The notes below the pieces were generated by a model that saw only the letters and a program-made list of their open reading frames with translations, made no database searches and was not told where the DNA came from. Of a stretch of DNA of 64,000 bases, positions 39,200 to 52,697 are shown piece after piece (position 1 is the first letter of the stretch; each line of letters starts with the position of its first letter). The DNA is from Felis catus (lineage: Eukaryota), in NCBI RefSeq assembly GCF_018350175.1, contig NC_058368.1:54996001-55060000 (forward strand). The letters run 5' to 3'. A program made the position numbers and the translations under genes.

Positions 39200-42085
39200 T
39201 CCCTGAAAGTCCCAGTGTTAAGCTTCAAGCTATCATATCATGATGTTATCCACTACTACTCCTAATTCCCCTCTTTAACATTTAAATATTAACAGCACTA
39301 CTCTTGTCATGGTTCTTGGTATTTTAATAACCAAGTATATAATCTTTCAATATCGATTGTTCTCAGAACCTTGAACTACCCCTCTACTATGAATCTGCTT
39401 TCAACCTTACCTCAGCCCTTGATAAACATGATAGTGTTCTAGAATTTGACATTACTAATAGCTAATGCCTTTTCATCACCCAAAAATCAAATGTCTACTT
39501 CAAATATCCTAACTTCTATCACATTCTCTTTTTCCATATCAGCACCACAACTGACTCGCAATAATTTCTCAGCTCCTCTAGTACATGCCATCCACTGATC
39601 TTCCCAATATTTTTCAGTCCTCTTTGTGTTTTCATTCCTCCTTTATACAACCTAGATTCCACTGTCCATCATTACACTCACTTTCCTGGATAAACCTCAA
39701 TTAATTTCTCTGAAAATAAAAACAAAAAATACAAAATTCCATATACACTCAGCCTCTGCTTACGTGGCTTAATGTGGCTAGAGGAAAACATCCAACTATG
39801 CTAATTCAGCTCACTTTAGATTACTGCTTTTTTGTCTCAAATAGGCCACCAAAACTGGAATCATGCAGTGTTTTCCTAGTTAATTTTGCTATTGTCCTTG
39901 AAGTTTATTTCATACCTTTTCATCACTCTTCAAAACTCCAACACACTTTCTGTCCTCTCCACTCTCACTTAATGACTTTCTTTTTGATTTTGTTGAGAAC
40001 ATAAAAGCAATGGGAAAGGGGGTTCCTAGGTCTCTCACTGCCACATACCAACGTATCACTCACCATCTTCTAAGACTGTACAGTCATTGCACCTGTAATT
40101 AAAGATATTATCATTGTGTCTACAGCTAATGCCAACACTTTGAATTCACTAGCATCAATAGTGTCTTAGTTTCTCCAACATATTGATCCAGATACTGGCT
40201 CCTCCTCTGTACATCAATTTACCAGCTCTGCTGCATTATTACTGTTAACATACAAATAATAAGATCTCATTACTTACAAAACAAACTAAATTCTCCATTT
40301 AATGTGCATTTTCCCTTTTCCTTTCTAAGAAAACACTCAAAGAATTATTGGCTATGTTTTCCTCAACTTATTTTCTACAGCACTTGACAGAAAATATTAT
40401 TTCTTCTTTCTTGAAAAACATTTTCACGTGATATATAGAACAGTACTCTGTTCTTTTGCTACCTCCCTGACCAATCTTTCTCCATTTCTCTATTGGCTAT
40501 TTACTATTTCTCCAAATTCTGTAATTTAAAAGGCCCCAAGGACCATTCTTCAGAGTTTTCGATTCTTTATCTGATCTCATGCTTTATTGTTTTTAAGTTT
40601 ATTTCTTTTGAGAGAGAGAGAGCAGAGGAGGGGCAGAGAGAGGGAAAGAGAGAATCCCAAGCTCCATGCCACCAGTGCACAGGAGCTTGATCCCACAAAC
40701 CATGAGATCAAGACTTGAGCCAAAATCGAGTCAGACACTTAAACCAACTGAGCCACCCAGGTGCCCCTGATCTCATATTTTAGATAATCAGATATAACCT
40801 TTTACATTTAAGCCAGTGTTTCTAAAACTTTTTTTCATTAATATCTTGCAAAGGAGAAAAAATTAAATTTACATTCTCCTTAATGAGAGAAATATTAAAA
40901 ATAGGAATTTGTCAGATAGGTTTGAGCTACGGAGGCCAATAGACCATTGCAAAATCAAAGATTGTCCACCAACTAGGAACCAATTTTCACTTCCTTGAGG
41001 GAGATAACATCCCTACTGAGAATGTGTGCTTTAAATTTTATTTATATTCTGATGAATCCAAAGTTTACACTTTCAGGAAGAACCTCTTATCTGAACTCTG
41101 TACCAAATGCCGAAATGACATCTTCAGTTAGTGTCTAATAAGTATTACAAATTGAAATTGTACCAAATCAAAATCTCAATGAATATCTTCACTCATCTAA
41201 AGCCTCTCTTTTTTTTTTTCCTTGAAATCTTACCCTTCTCAAGAAATGGTAAGGTAACTGTTGCATTAATTCAGAGCCACGCTTTGACAGCATCTTTGAT
41301 TCTTCTCTAACATCAGTATATCTTACTGGATCTAACTTCACAATTTATCCAGAATCTGACCACTTCTCATCATTTCTATTACTAATTCACTTGTACAATC
41401 CACTTATTCCTCAGCTGGGTTATTGTAATACCTCCTAGTTCTCTCTCTGATTTCTCCCTTGCCGTCCACTCACTCATCTATTTCCCAAGTAGTAATTAAA
41501 AAATAAGTCACAAAATAACTCTAAACCTTCTAATAGCATCCCATCTCAATCACAAAGTCCACAAACCAGCCAACAAGAACTCATGTGCTTTTCACTTAAG
41601 TTATCTCTCTGATCTCACTGTGAGCACTCATCCTATTGCTCTAACCACACTATCCTCTTTGATGGCCTTTAAACTCACAAAGCAGTTCTCCATTCAAGAG
41701 CAACTGAAAGTATTCTTCCTCTTTTTGGAACTTCCTTATGCATTTCTATGCAACACTCCCTCAATCATTCTGTTCTCTCCCCCAAACATCATTTTATAAA
41801 TGCTTCAATGAATTTATGAATTAGCATTTTTAAATGTTTAAATTAGCATTCCTGTTTAAATTAGCATTCCACCCACGGCAACATTCCCTATCCATTTACC
41901 TTTTTATTTTTTTTCTATAATCCTTATCACCATCTGGTGCACTCTATTTACCTGATTCTTCGATAAATATTTATGTCCTCTTTCATGAATTTAACTCTTA
42001 CACAGTCCAAGATACTATTTTGTTCACTGTTACAGCCACGGCAGGATGCGGACAGCCTTACAACTAAGATCCTCAAAAAAACATG
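39200..42085 (+). mobile_element. Long degraded L2 with SINE and hAT MITE (about 40813-41025) insertions
   Basis: tccagaatctgaccacttctc; 3' end ttttgttcactgttacagcc. Confidence 0.7.
40588..40767 (-). mobile_element. CanSINE
   Basis: TSD-like tgatctcat. Confidence 0.93.
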
Positions 42086-42092
42086 TTGGATT

Positions 42093-42316
42093 GGGGCACC
42101 TGGGTGGCTCAGTTGGTTAAGTATCTGACTTCGGTTCAGGTCCTGGTCTCTTGGTTGATGGGTTCAAGCCTCACGTCAGGCTCTGCACTGACAGCTTAGA
42201 GCCTAGAGACTGCTTCTGATTCTGTGTCTCCCTCTCTCTCTCTCTCTGCCCCTCCCCTGCTCATGTGCTCACTCTTGCTCTTTCTCTCTCTCAAAATAAA
42301 TAAACATTTTTTTAAA
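42093..42316 (+). mobile_element. CanSINE
   Basis: TSD atgttggatt. Confidence 0.95.
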
Positions 42317-42589
42317 ACTATGTTGGATTAATTACAGAAATTGAGAAGCAAATTATGGGCATATATACCATTAAAATATATAGAAAAAAATGAAACAATA
42401 ACAGATGAAGAAAGAAAGAGGGATAGAGGAATACAAGGGGTAAGGGGTAGAAAGAAAGGCAGATTGAGAGAAAGAGAAATAGTATAGCAAGAAATTTCTT
42501 TCTCGAATAAGAAATACCATGATATATAGATATACACCAATTTTATACTATGATGGCCTTTTCAGAAATTTAAAAGTTTGTCAAAATAA

Positions 42590-42970
42590 TTGTAACTCCA
42601 GTCTAATCATGAGAAAAACGTCAAACAACCCTGACCCGAAGGACAAAACACTTGACTAAGTAATCCTCAAAACTGTTAAGTTCATGAAAAATAAGTAAAA
42701 AGGAAGATCATTTCCCAGACCATAGAAAACAAAGGACCCCTGACAACTCCATACAACGTGGTACCCTAGACTGGCTCCCGAAGGACGAAAAGGACAGTAA
42801 TGTAGCAACATGAGTTTCTTAGCTTTGACACATGTACTGCTGTAATACAAGGTAACAACATTTAGGGGACCCAAAACCAGGTGAGGATCATACAGGGACT
42901 CACCGCACTATGTCTGCAACTTTTCTGTAGGCCTAAAATTAATTCAAAATAAGATTTATTTAAAAAAAAA
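42590..42970 (+). mobile_element. L1MC 3'UTR fragment
   Basis: tctaatcatgagaaaaac...gcaacttttctgtaggcctaaaatt. Confidence 0.75.
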
Positions 42971-43371
42971 AGATAAATCAGGAGGATGACAACAGATTGT
43001 AATATGTTAGAGAATATCATTTTAGAAAGAGTATCAAGAAACTTGTCTGGTGTGACTTGACCAGAGCCCAAGTGAGTGAAGTGAGGGATAGAGTCATTCA
43101 GTTGTCTGGAGAAAGACTATTCCAGGAAGATCAGTAAGTACAAAGATTCTGAGGTGAGCTCACAAATCATCAACAATTCTCCGTGAAAAACATGTTAAGG
43201 GCTACTAGAAACACAGAACTGAGGAAAGTTTTCTCTGCTTTTGCTACTCAATACATATCACTCAGTAGTAGCTACACTAGTGGTGAGCTTAACATAACAT
43301 ATAAAGTTGTCAAATCACTACCTTGTACATCTGAAACTAATGTAACATTGTATGTCAACTATACATATATA

Positions 43372-43471
43372 TAGATTAAGCCAGAAATTGATGACTGAGA
43401 TCTATATATATGTATGTATACATATACATACATATATATAGATCTCAGTCATCAATTTCTGGCTTAATCTA
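43372..43471. repeat. Perfect palindrome, 49-bp arms, 2-nt loop
   Basis: tagattaagccagaaattgatgactgagatctatatatatgtatgtata + ca + exact reverse complement. Confidence 0.97.
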
Positions 43472-43719
43472 AGAACTGAATTATTATACATTTAACTACA
43501 AAACAGACTTACTTACAATAGACTTTTCTATGCCCAGCTAATTATTAGATTCCGTTGTATTCTCACATCTTTTGCGTCATGTATCAGATGAGAACACAGT
43601 TCTTACTTTTTTTCTTGGTAATATAAAATGCTAAAATAAAAATGCATCCTTTCCAAAATGTACATGTTATACACATTTATGTGACCTTGGCCTCTATACT
43701 ATCATTTCCTTAGAATTAT

Positions 43720-43940
43720 GGGGCGCCTGGGTGGCGCAATCGGTTAAGCGTCCGACTTCAGCCAGGTCACGATCTCGCGGTCCGTGAGTTCGAGCCCCGC
43801 GTCGGGCTCTGGGCTGATGGCTCAGAGCCTGGAGCCTGTTTCCAATTCTGTGTCTCCCTCTCTCTCTGCCCCTCCCCCGTTCATGCTCTGTCTCTCTCTG
43901 TCCCAAAAATAAATAAACGTTGAAAAAAAATTTTTTTAAA
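43720..43940 (+). mobile_element. Young SINEC_Fc
   Basis: Near-consensus; TSD agaatta. Confidence 0.97.
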
Positions 43941-43994
43941 GAATTAAAAACCATACTTACATATTTAGCATATATATACTTACATATTGCTTAC

Positions 43995-44292
43995 TGTTTT
44001 ACATAAGTCCCCTTAATATATATAAAGGGTTTGAGTACATCAACAGAATCATAAGTATCCTTTGTAAATGACGAATGAAATTTCCTGAGCAGCCTGAGTA
44101 GTCACAAGACAGAATTAAATTCTTTTTGGAATCCATGGACATGGGTTAATGCCATGAATCCTAAAAAACATAATCTCCAATGCTGGCTTCAGTTAAAACC
44201 TGGGGCATTTGAGCCACTCAGAAAAGTCTACCATTTAGCGCAAACTTGCAACATGTACACATAATACTGTTGTTTATCAGTGAGGATCAAAT
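43995..44292 (-). pseudogene. Pseudo-exon (phase 1/2)
   Basis: tttgttctgtattcacag|LILTDKQQYYVYMLQVCAKW*TFLSGSNAPG...IKGTYVK|gtaagc; phase matches 38352. Confidence 0.7.
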
Positions 44293-45004
44293 CTGTGAAT
44301 ACAGAACAAAAGTAGTATTCATACAGTCCAATAAAATCCCATGGATTTTGAATAAGCAAGTATAAAAAACTTACAGAGAAGAAACAGTATTTGCTTAGAG
44401 TGTTTGCTTAAACATATTTCAAAATCTTGCTAAAATATCATAAAATATAATTTTGAGAGCAAATTCATTTAATGTAATATTAATAAGTTATTATCACATA
44501 TTTACATATTTTCTTGAGCAAGAGCAAGGTGGGCCAAAATAGAATGAATTATATCATTTTGTTATATTTTTTGCATCTTCAAAGATTAATTTTTAAAATT
44601 ATAGAAGAAAAATAATATAAACTATGAAACTGTAATGCTCCTGGTAGATTAATTTATAAAAGGATTTGAATTTTCTCCGGTTATTTAGCAGCTTTTAACT
44701 ATCACAGATCAAACTAATTACAGATTTTTTTTTATATCTGGCTATTGCTTTTCTTTCTCATAAAATAAGGCTATACAAATAAGACATTTAAAAATGAGAC
44801 CAAATAAAAGCTACTAAAACAATCAGAGCACAAAGATATTAGGAGAATTAATAAGCAAGTGAATGCTTCTAATCCCCTGGGGGACTGATTAGCTTTTGTG
44901 AAGTCAAGTTCCATAAAATCTGCTGTAGTAAAAAAAAAAAAAAAGAGAGAGAGAGAGAGAGAAGAAAGACCTTTCCTTTTTTCATAATTTTATAATTATT
45001 ATAC

Positions 45005-45183
45005 TGTTTCTCTCAGTAAAAGTTATTGCACATGAAAGAATGCCATGAAATGTATGCCATTATTAACACAGGGCATCACATATCACCATTCAGTAAATGG
45101 AGAGATAATACTGAAAATTTTTTTGGAGCAGAATTAACATTAACTGATTCCATCTATAAAATGATCACTTCACAATATGGTCC
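45005..45183 (-). pseudogene. Pseudo-exon, RGS C-terminal motif
   Basis: ttgtttcttttccag|GPYCEVIIL*...LIMAYISWHSFMCNNFY*EK; phase 0 matches 45501 donor. Confidence 0.6.
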
Positions 45184-45500
45184 CTGGAAAAGAAACAATT
45201 TTTAAATTGCTATCTTATTTTGTTTCAGGATAAAACAAATCTATAAATATGTGTTCTTGCCATAAGTACTTCTGACTGTGGGCAGATTTTAACACTCTAA
45301 TAGACTTTGAAATGACCTATGCTAAACTTTTTATTTTGCAGAGAAAGGAATTAAAATTGTGAAATTTAAATGACTTGCTCAAGGTCACATACTTCCTAGG
45401 GGAATGAGGGGACAGACCTATTTCTCCTAACATAATATGGTACCTCCCTACACTATACTCTAGGACTTAACACATGCTGTACCTTTCCTCATATCCTTAC

Positions 45501-46460
45501 CTTGTTATGTGTTGGAGGAGTGATGAATATTTGTAAAACTCTTTTTACTTTAAGTTCACATCATAGACTGGCACTTCTATGCACATAAACATTTTGTTCT
45601 TAAGAAATGTATACAATATCTAAAATTATCAGACACTTTTCCTTCAAGACAAGGTTATTTTCAAATTGGTGTAATGAAAATGAAGTCCTGTCGGATGTTA
45701 ACAGATGGCTTTTAGTGATAACTGCTTACTTTTTCCAAATATGGGAACTTTTGACATATAACTTGCGGACAATAAAAACCCCTTCATAAAAGGGTAGGTA
45801 TATGATACTTGATCTGACATTAACAGATGATAGCAGGAAAACTGGTTATGACTTTTCAACAAAGTACTTCTTTGACATATTTTCCAATTTTATCATGTGG
45901 GTTCTAATGATGAAACCAGCAAATCTGTTGTGTGATTTTTAAATAAGTTTGTTATCAAACCATGCAAGGTGGAGAGTAGAAATCCATGAGAGTGAACAGG
46001 GATAGTTGGATTAGTGACCCATCAGGTCAAACCTTGTGATTTTTCCACTGCTGATAATACATCCATGGAGGAGATTTTTGTTTGTGTTTAGGTCTTTCTT
46101 CAATTGTCCTTCCTTTCACATGGAATCCTCTACTAGAAACCACTCCTCTAATTCAAACATAACCAGTCACTGCAATTATAGGTCCCCAAGTGATCCATTA
46201 AAACTTTATATTGTCTTATTATATACTCTTGTTATTTTGTTCAAGAAGACAGTTCATGATCACTTTCCTTCTTCTCATGTCTATTGGAAGGTTGAGATTA
46301 CCCTGACACAGTGACAATCGATTCCTCTCCTCTTTCCAGTTTTTCTTCTTTCCTAATTCCACTTTGTCTGATTTGGGGAAATGCACCTGTGGGTGTGGAT
46401 TTGTATGATTTGCACACCAACTTTACCATGATGCCCTAACTCCAACACACATTGGTCTCT
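45501..46460 (-). pseudogene. Large pseudo-exon (or two adjacent exons)
   Basis: WCANHTNPHPQVHFPKSDKVELGKKKNWKEERNRL...HGFLLSTLHGLITNLF...ELKVKRVLQIFITPPTHNK|gtaagg. Confidence 0.6.
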
Positions 46461-46585
46461 CTTAAGAGTAAATTCAAAATTATATATAAATATATACAGC
46501 TACAGCTGGTTTTGTTCTAGCTAGCCATTGGGTTTCCTTCTTATAAAATAAGGCTATACAAATAACACTTTAAAAATGAACTCTT

Positions 46586-46937
46586 GGGGTGCCTGGATGG
46601 CTCAGTCGGTTAAGCTTCGGACTTTGGTTCAGATCATGACCTCATAGCTTGTAAATTCGAGCCCCGCATCAGGCTCTGGGCTGTCAGCTCAGAGCCTGGA
46701 GCCTGCTTTGGATTCTGTGTCTCCCTCTCTCTGCTCCTACCCCCCACCCTTGCGCCGTGTCTCTCTCTCAAAAATAAATAAATGTTATTTTTTTAATGAG
46801 ACGAGGGACACCCGGGTGGCTCAGTCTGTTGGGCTCCCAACTTCAGTTCAGATCATGATCTCATGGTTCATGAGTTCAAGTCCACATCAGCACAGAGCCC
46901 ACTTCAGATCCTCTGTTCCCCTCTCTGCAACTCCCCT

Positions 46938-46976
<39 letters not shown>

Positions 46977-46987
46977 AATAAACATTT

Positions 46988-47038
<51 letters not shown>

Positions 47039-47062
47039 GAAAGAAAGAAAAAGAAAAAATAA
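46586..47062 (+). mobile_element. Two CanSINEs, second with (GAAA)n tail
   Basis: Heads at 46586 and 46805. Confidence 0.93.
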
Positions 47063-47349
47063 AAATGAGACCAAATAAAAGCTACTAAAATAATCAGAGC
47101 ACAAAGTCACTGGGAGACTTTAACAGGCAAATGAATTGCCCAAAAGTAAAAAGAAAAGTCACAGACTATAAAAGCGCAACAATAATGCTTCAGCCTCTGA
47201 ATTTAACTAGCATGTAGCCTAAGTTCCAAGAGAGACTTTTTCTTTTATATTTTTCCATATTGTAAAAAAAAAAGATATATCAACGTTTATGATTTTAACT
47301 AATATGATTTTTAAGCTACTCAACATCAAGACTTCCAATGAAGTTCCAG

Positions 47350-48885
47350 TAGCAAGTACAGTATTATATTAGAGAAAGAACAAATACATCAATGGAACAG
47401 AACAAAGAACTCAGAAATAGACCTGTACAAATATAGTCACATGTTCTTTGAAAAAGGAAAAAAGTAAAAGAGAAAAGACAGTCTTTTCAACAAATGTCTC
47501 TGGTACACTGGACATTCACATGCAAAAAGATGAATCTAGACAGAGACATTATACTTTCCACAAAACTCAAAATGAATATAGGCCTAAATGAAAAACACAA
47601 ATCTATGAAATTTCTACACAATAAGAGAGAACCTAACTGACCTTGGGTTTAGCAATGACTGCAAGTATAATACCAAAAGCATGATCCATGAAAGAAAAAA
47701 TCATAAATTGGACTTAATTAAAAGTGCAAAAGGCATTATTCAGAAAACGAAGAGATAAGAGGATAACTGGAAGAAAATGTTTGCAAAACACTAAGCTAAT
47801 AAAAGGACTGGTATCTGAAATATATAAAGGAAACTTAAAATTCAACAATAAGAAAACAAACAGCCCAAGTAAATAATGGGCAAAAATATGAATATACACT
47901 ACATCAAATAATACATTCAAACAGTAAATTAGTATATGAAAAGATGCTCAACATCATATGTCATTTTAGTATTGTAAATTAAAACAAAAATGAGGTATCA
48001 TTACATACCTATTAATGGCCAACATCCAAAACACTGTCAACACCAAATGCTGGTGAGGATGTGGAACAACAGGAACTCTCATACAATGTTGATGGCAATG
48101 TGAAATGTTAACCACTTAGAAGAGAAATCAGCAGGTTTCTTAACAAGCTAAACACAGGCTTACCGTGTATTCCAGCAATATCGTTTCCAGGTTTACCCAT
48201 TTCTTCCTAGAAAGAAACTGTGTCCACACAAAAGCCTGCACGTGAATGTCTGTTAGCAGCTTTACTCATAATTGCCAAAACTTGGAAGAAGCCTAAATGT
48301 CCTTGAATAGACGAGTGGATAGGCAAACTATGATACTATACAATGGCATATTTTTCAGTGACAAAAAGAAATAAGCGATCAAGCCACAAAACAACATCGG
48401 AGGGAATTTAAATGCATATTACCACCTGAAAGAAGCCAGACTGAAAAGGATATATACTGTAGGATTCCAATTATATGACATTCTGGAAAATGTAAAACTA
48501 CAGAGACAGTAAAAAGATCACCAGAGGTTGTGAGGAAGGCAGTGGTTGGGGAGAGAGATGAATGTGTAGTCAACGGAGGATATTTAGGGTAGTGAAACTA
48601 TTCTGTCAACTTATAATGGTGCATACATGACATTATGCATTTGCCAAAACCCATAAAACTGTACAACACGAAGAGTGAAATCTAATGTAAACTATGGACT
48701 TTAGTTAATAATGCATTCACGTTAATTCATCACTTATAATAAATGTACTGCAGTAATTCAAAACTTTCAAATAGGAGAGATTATGCATTGAGGTAAGAGA
48801 TATATGAGAATCCACTGTACTTTCTGTACAAGTTTTCTGTACACCAAACACTTCTCTAAAATATAAAGTCTATTAATAAATAAAA
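47350..48885 (+). mobile_element. L1MC/MB 3' portion (ORF2 end and 3'UTR)
   Basis: caatggaacagaac...aaatgctggtgaggatgtggaacaacaggaactc...aataaa. Confidence 0.92.
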
Positions 48886-49579
48886 ATGTTTTGAATGTCC
48901 TACAATGTAATCTTTTACGATTAACCTGTGGCATGTAAGAACTGCTTGATTTCATTGGCCATCTTTTAGTAATGAAGAACTCAAGATGGTATGCTGTATA
49001 GGCGGATCATTTATTAATAAACCATTTTTGCCTTTTTTAATCCTTTAGAGAATACCTTCTTAGTGTTATGTTATATTATTGACATATGGAAGTATACAGT
49101 AAAAGGCTGAGAGAGTAGTTATAACCCAGCTCAACATATACTCCTCACACACTTAAATCATTAAAATGATGGCTGTTACTTATACAGCATAAGTCTTTTT
49201 AAAGTCCTAATTTTTATGAAGTAAATGCAGTTATGTTATTGTCTTAATTTATAATTAACCACTTTTTAAATTTCATTCCTTCTCCCCATAATAAATATCT
49301 GATTGTTATTGTATACAATGGTAGAAACAGCAATATATTTATATACACTAATACACACATACCCTCACACTGAGTGGTTCTATATAAAAATCCTTCCTTT
49401 ACTTGTGTGTGTATCCACTTAATTTTCCAAGTGAGAAGAAACCACTGTAAGCTGCTTCTCTTCCTGTAATAAATAGTTGTTACAATACAAAAATGACCCT
49501 GGTTTATTTATCGTCAAAACAGTGTTGTGCTTCTTATTTCAATGTTAAGTCTGCATTATAAAAGTGAAGCATAACTTAC

Positions 49580-49622
49580 GTTCGGTCACTAATGGTGTTC
49601 CATAATGAGACTGAAGGAAAAC
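49580..49622 (-). pseudogene. Micro pseudo-exon (phase 0/1)
   Basis: VFLQSHYGTPLVTE|gtaagt; 80-nt upstream intron; phases match both sides. Confidence 0.55.
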
Positions 49623-49702
49623 CTAACAATTTTAATCTAATTATTATTCAAAATTTGAATATACTGGCCATGATGTGCAGTGACTAACATGTGCACTGCT
49701 AC

Positions 49703-49957
49703 CTTCATTTGCTTCTGGTCAGTTAAGTCTTCCAAAACGGGTAGTATAGTCAATCAAATTCTTCCATGAAAATTAGGTTTATGAAGTAACAATGTATGTT
49801 TCCAGTGCCTCTTAAAGAGATCTAAAGAGCCACTGGAAATATGTCATCCCAGAAATAGGCTATTTGCTTAAATTGTCCCTCTGACCTTCTCAAACATTTC
49901 TACTATTCTTGTCCTGACTTAAGTATCATTTCTAACCTACCTTTCACAGCACAGCAT
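49703..49957 (-). pseudogene. Pseudo-exon
   Basis: tgttgtttag|...RIVEMFEKVRGTI*ANSLFLG*...LTILPVLEDLTDQKQMK|gtagca. Confidence 0.55.
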
Positions 49958-50159
49958 CTAAACAACATGATTTTCTTCCTTTCCCCTTTTTTCTATCTCC
50001 CCCTTTTTTTCTCATTCCATTCATCATAGTAATATCAATAAAGCACGACGCTATATGCCACAGAACAAGAAAGAGAAACCAAATATTAATCCTTCTCTGA
50101 AGAGTATAGCTTTTGGAGTTAAGACACAAAGTAATAGCATATAAGATAAAATGTGACAC

Positions 50160-50292
50160 CTATAATAAAAGACCTGCATATATTGTAAAGGCAGCTCTAA
50201 ATAAAGTATTTCCTTGGCCTTCAACCAATTTTTTGAGTCATTCAGGATTCACTTCACAATTAATCTTCCAGTGTTCTGTTTGAAATATTTTT
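50160..50292 (-). pseudogene. Pseudo-exon, RGS start
   Basis: aattttttttcag|KYFKQNTGRLIVK*ILNDSKNWLKAKEILYLELPLQYMQVFYY; phase 1 matches 50581. Confidence 0.55.
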
Positions 50293-50580
50293 CTGAAAAA
50301 AAATTACTGTTGTCTTCCTTTATCAGTTTCTAAAATCTTATTTATTCATGAAATTTTCAAAATATAATATAAAGTAAATGAATTATCTGGAAATAAATTA
50401 TCGCATCCACAATCACAGTAATAAAGATTGTGGAAAACCAGAACCTAGTCTAACACATTCAATAGTTAAGAATGTTTTTTAAGTAAGCATTTCACTTATA
50501 TCTGTGTATGCAAATACTTTAAAGCTAATGGTTAGAACTATATTTTAATTTATAAATAGAAAATAACTCTTATTTTCTAC

Positions 50581-50838
50581 TTTCCATTCTAGTTTAGGTA
50601 TCCCTTCTTTTCTTCCATTCTGCTTCATTTTCTTCATGCAGTGAGCTCACTAATTCTATGGTATATTCCTGAACTGCTTTAGACATTTTCTTGTGTGCTG
50701 CTCCAGCATTTAACAAGGTTTTCTTAGCTTTTCAGGTTCAATGAATTTGTGAAAGTTTCAGTTATGTGCATTTCCAATCTTTTCGTTTGAAAAACCAAGG
50801 GGAATTGAGGTGGTTAGGGGCTGCAGGGCAGCAGTCAA
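50581..50838 (-). pseudogene. Pseudo-exon
   Basis: NFHKFIEPEK, frameshift, AKKTLLNAGAAHKKMSKAVQEYTIELVSSLHEENEAEWKKRRDT*. Confidence 0.6.
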
Positions 50839-52221
50839 CTATTACAGTTTAAAAAAATAATAATATAGTGCTTGCTCTGCTAAGGAAAGTAACAAGGGAC
50901 TACAAAACTAGGTTTGCAGTTGAGTAGAGAAATATTGACTCCACAAAAGTAAATAGAAGACACAAAATACAGAACATTTCACAGAGCAATATTTAGAGAT
51001 TAGGTCAGCCTTCAAGTCATTTACTACCAAGCCAACTAAATTAACCAGAGACCGATGCTACAGGGGAGAACACTAAGATTTTATCCTGTAGATGGGTGGT
51101 TTAGTGATAAACTGTTCTCAATCTTCTCAAGGATACCATCACAGTATCAATTCATCTTATTGGAAATATATAGATTTATTGCAAAATATAACATTAATAA
51201 AAGTTTATTGGTTATAAGCTTTTAGTAACCTTAAGAGAATAAGCTAGAATCTCCACTTTGTATTTAGCTTTAAATGTGTAGAAAGTGGGAAAACACTACA
51301 GATAAACAAAGAAGGATGCCTTTTCTACAGAAAAGGTTTGGGTTTAAAAAAAACAAACCTGTGGAGATTTATAATAAAAGGCTTTGTGAGTTATACTGAA
51401 TTCAATACACGCCCTACACACTCGAGCTATTAAAACTGTGAATATTACTTATTGAGCATTCATACCAAAATGCAGCTTTCACAAAATAATAAGGTATACT
51501 ATGCCTGAATGAATTTTTTTTGTTTTAATAAGAACATACTTTTTTGAAAATTCTGACTTTTATGAGGCAAATGCAGCTATGGTACTATTATTGCATTACT
51601 CTAAGTTTATTCATATTTAAAATGATTTTTTTTGGTCATTAAAAAATATGAGAGGAAGGGAATAAAGGCAGTTTCAACTTAAAAAATAAGACTGGGAACA
51701 GGAGGAAGTACAAAGTGAGTACTGAACCAAAGCTTGTTTCAGTATTTTAAGCAGGCCAGCTGTTTCAACAGAGGGGGAGACATGAGGCTGGCTTTGTTGT
51801 GAGCACTTTACTGTGTTGACTATTGCCTGAAATGTAGGTATTCAATAAAAACTTACTACCCATTGAGAAGATAACGACATGCCTTATGTAACTAGACCTG
51901 CTACCCCCTAGATCATGGAATTAAGCAATTCCTTCTTTTATTACAGGCCTCAGATTCTTTGCTACTAAAGAAATTGACAAATGTCCTTTCCAACTACTAA
52001 AATTTTGTTTATAAAAGAAGTGAAGTTTTATACCTAAATGTATTTTTCAATAGTAGCATGAATTGCTAAGAATTCATTTCTTTTACTATTTTAAATGGAA
52101 ACAGTCTGTTCTTCTTTGAATACTGAATATTGGATATTCATTAAGCATTCTGAAGACTTAGATCTTAACCACGAATATCAGTTAGGTTACTGCCTTTCCC
52201 CTTGCTCTTAGTTCATGTTAC

Positions 52222-52302
52222 CTTGTTTTAAGAATGGCTATTTTAAATGAATGAGGCTTGAGTAAGCTTTTAGGACAAGGGGAATGATGAAAGCACAGCA
52301 GT
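52222..52302 (-). pseudogene. Candidate pseudo-exon
   Basis: Pyrimidine tract then LLCFHHSPCPKSLLKPHSFKIAILKT, aag|gtaaca. Confidence 0.35.
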
Positions 52303-52377
52303 CTCAATATAAAAAGAGGAAGATTAATATTCTGAGCACAGGTGGGAGCAACAGATTTGCAAAAGAGGTTTGTTTTT

Positions 52378-52434
52378 GTTGTTGTTGGTGGTGGTGGTGG
52401 TGGTGGTGGTGGTGGTGATGGTGGTGGTGGTGGT
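52378..52434. repeat. (GTT)n(GGT)n microsatellite
   Basis: Direct reading. Confidence 0.95.
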
Positions 52435-52582
52435 TTTTTAAGGGGTCTCAAATGAATAGGACTTGGGAATTCAGGGAGTTAACTGGTAAGTGGCAAGCAG
52501 CATGCTTAAGACAATACGGAGTGATGAGGACTGCAGGAAGGAGAAAGCAGTAGGAATCTCCTAAGTGCTTTCTGATTCAAAC

Positions 52583-52697
52583 CTTTTGGATAATGCTGTG
52601 CTGGTGTAAAGTCCTGAATCTGTATAACTTCCTCGGTATTTTCTATCATTACGTAAAATATTGCCAAGAGTATTTTATGTTCTTACACCGTGGATTG
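52583..52697 (-). pseudogene. Candidate pseudo-exon
   Basis: tatttatttacag|QSTV*EHKILLAIFYVMIENTEEVIQIQDFTPAQHYPK|gtttga. Confidence 0.35.

Noticed and set aside
45501..46460. Possible endogenous viral element between direct repeats
   Set aside because: It has splice sites phase-matched to neighbouring exons, I recognise no viral motif, and the repeats lack LTR features.
52218..52451. Poly-proline ORF
   Set aside because: Derived from the (GGT)n microsatellite; only the last 81 nt may be an exon relic.
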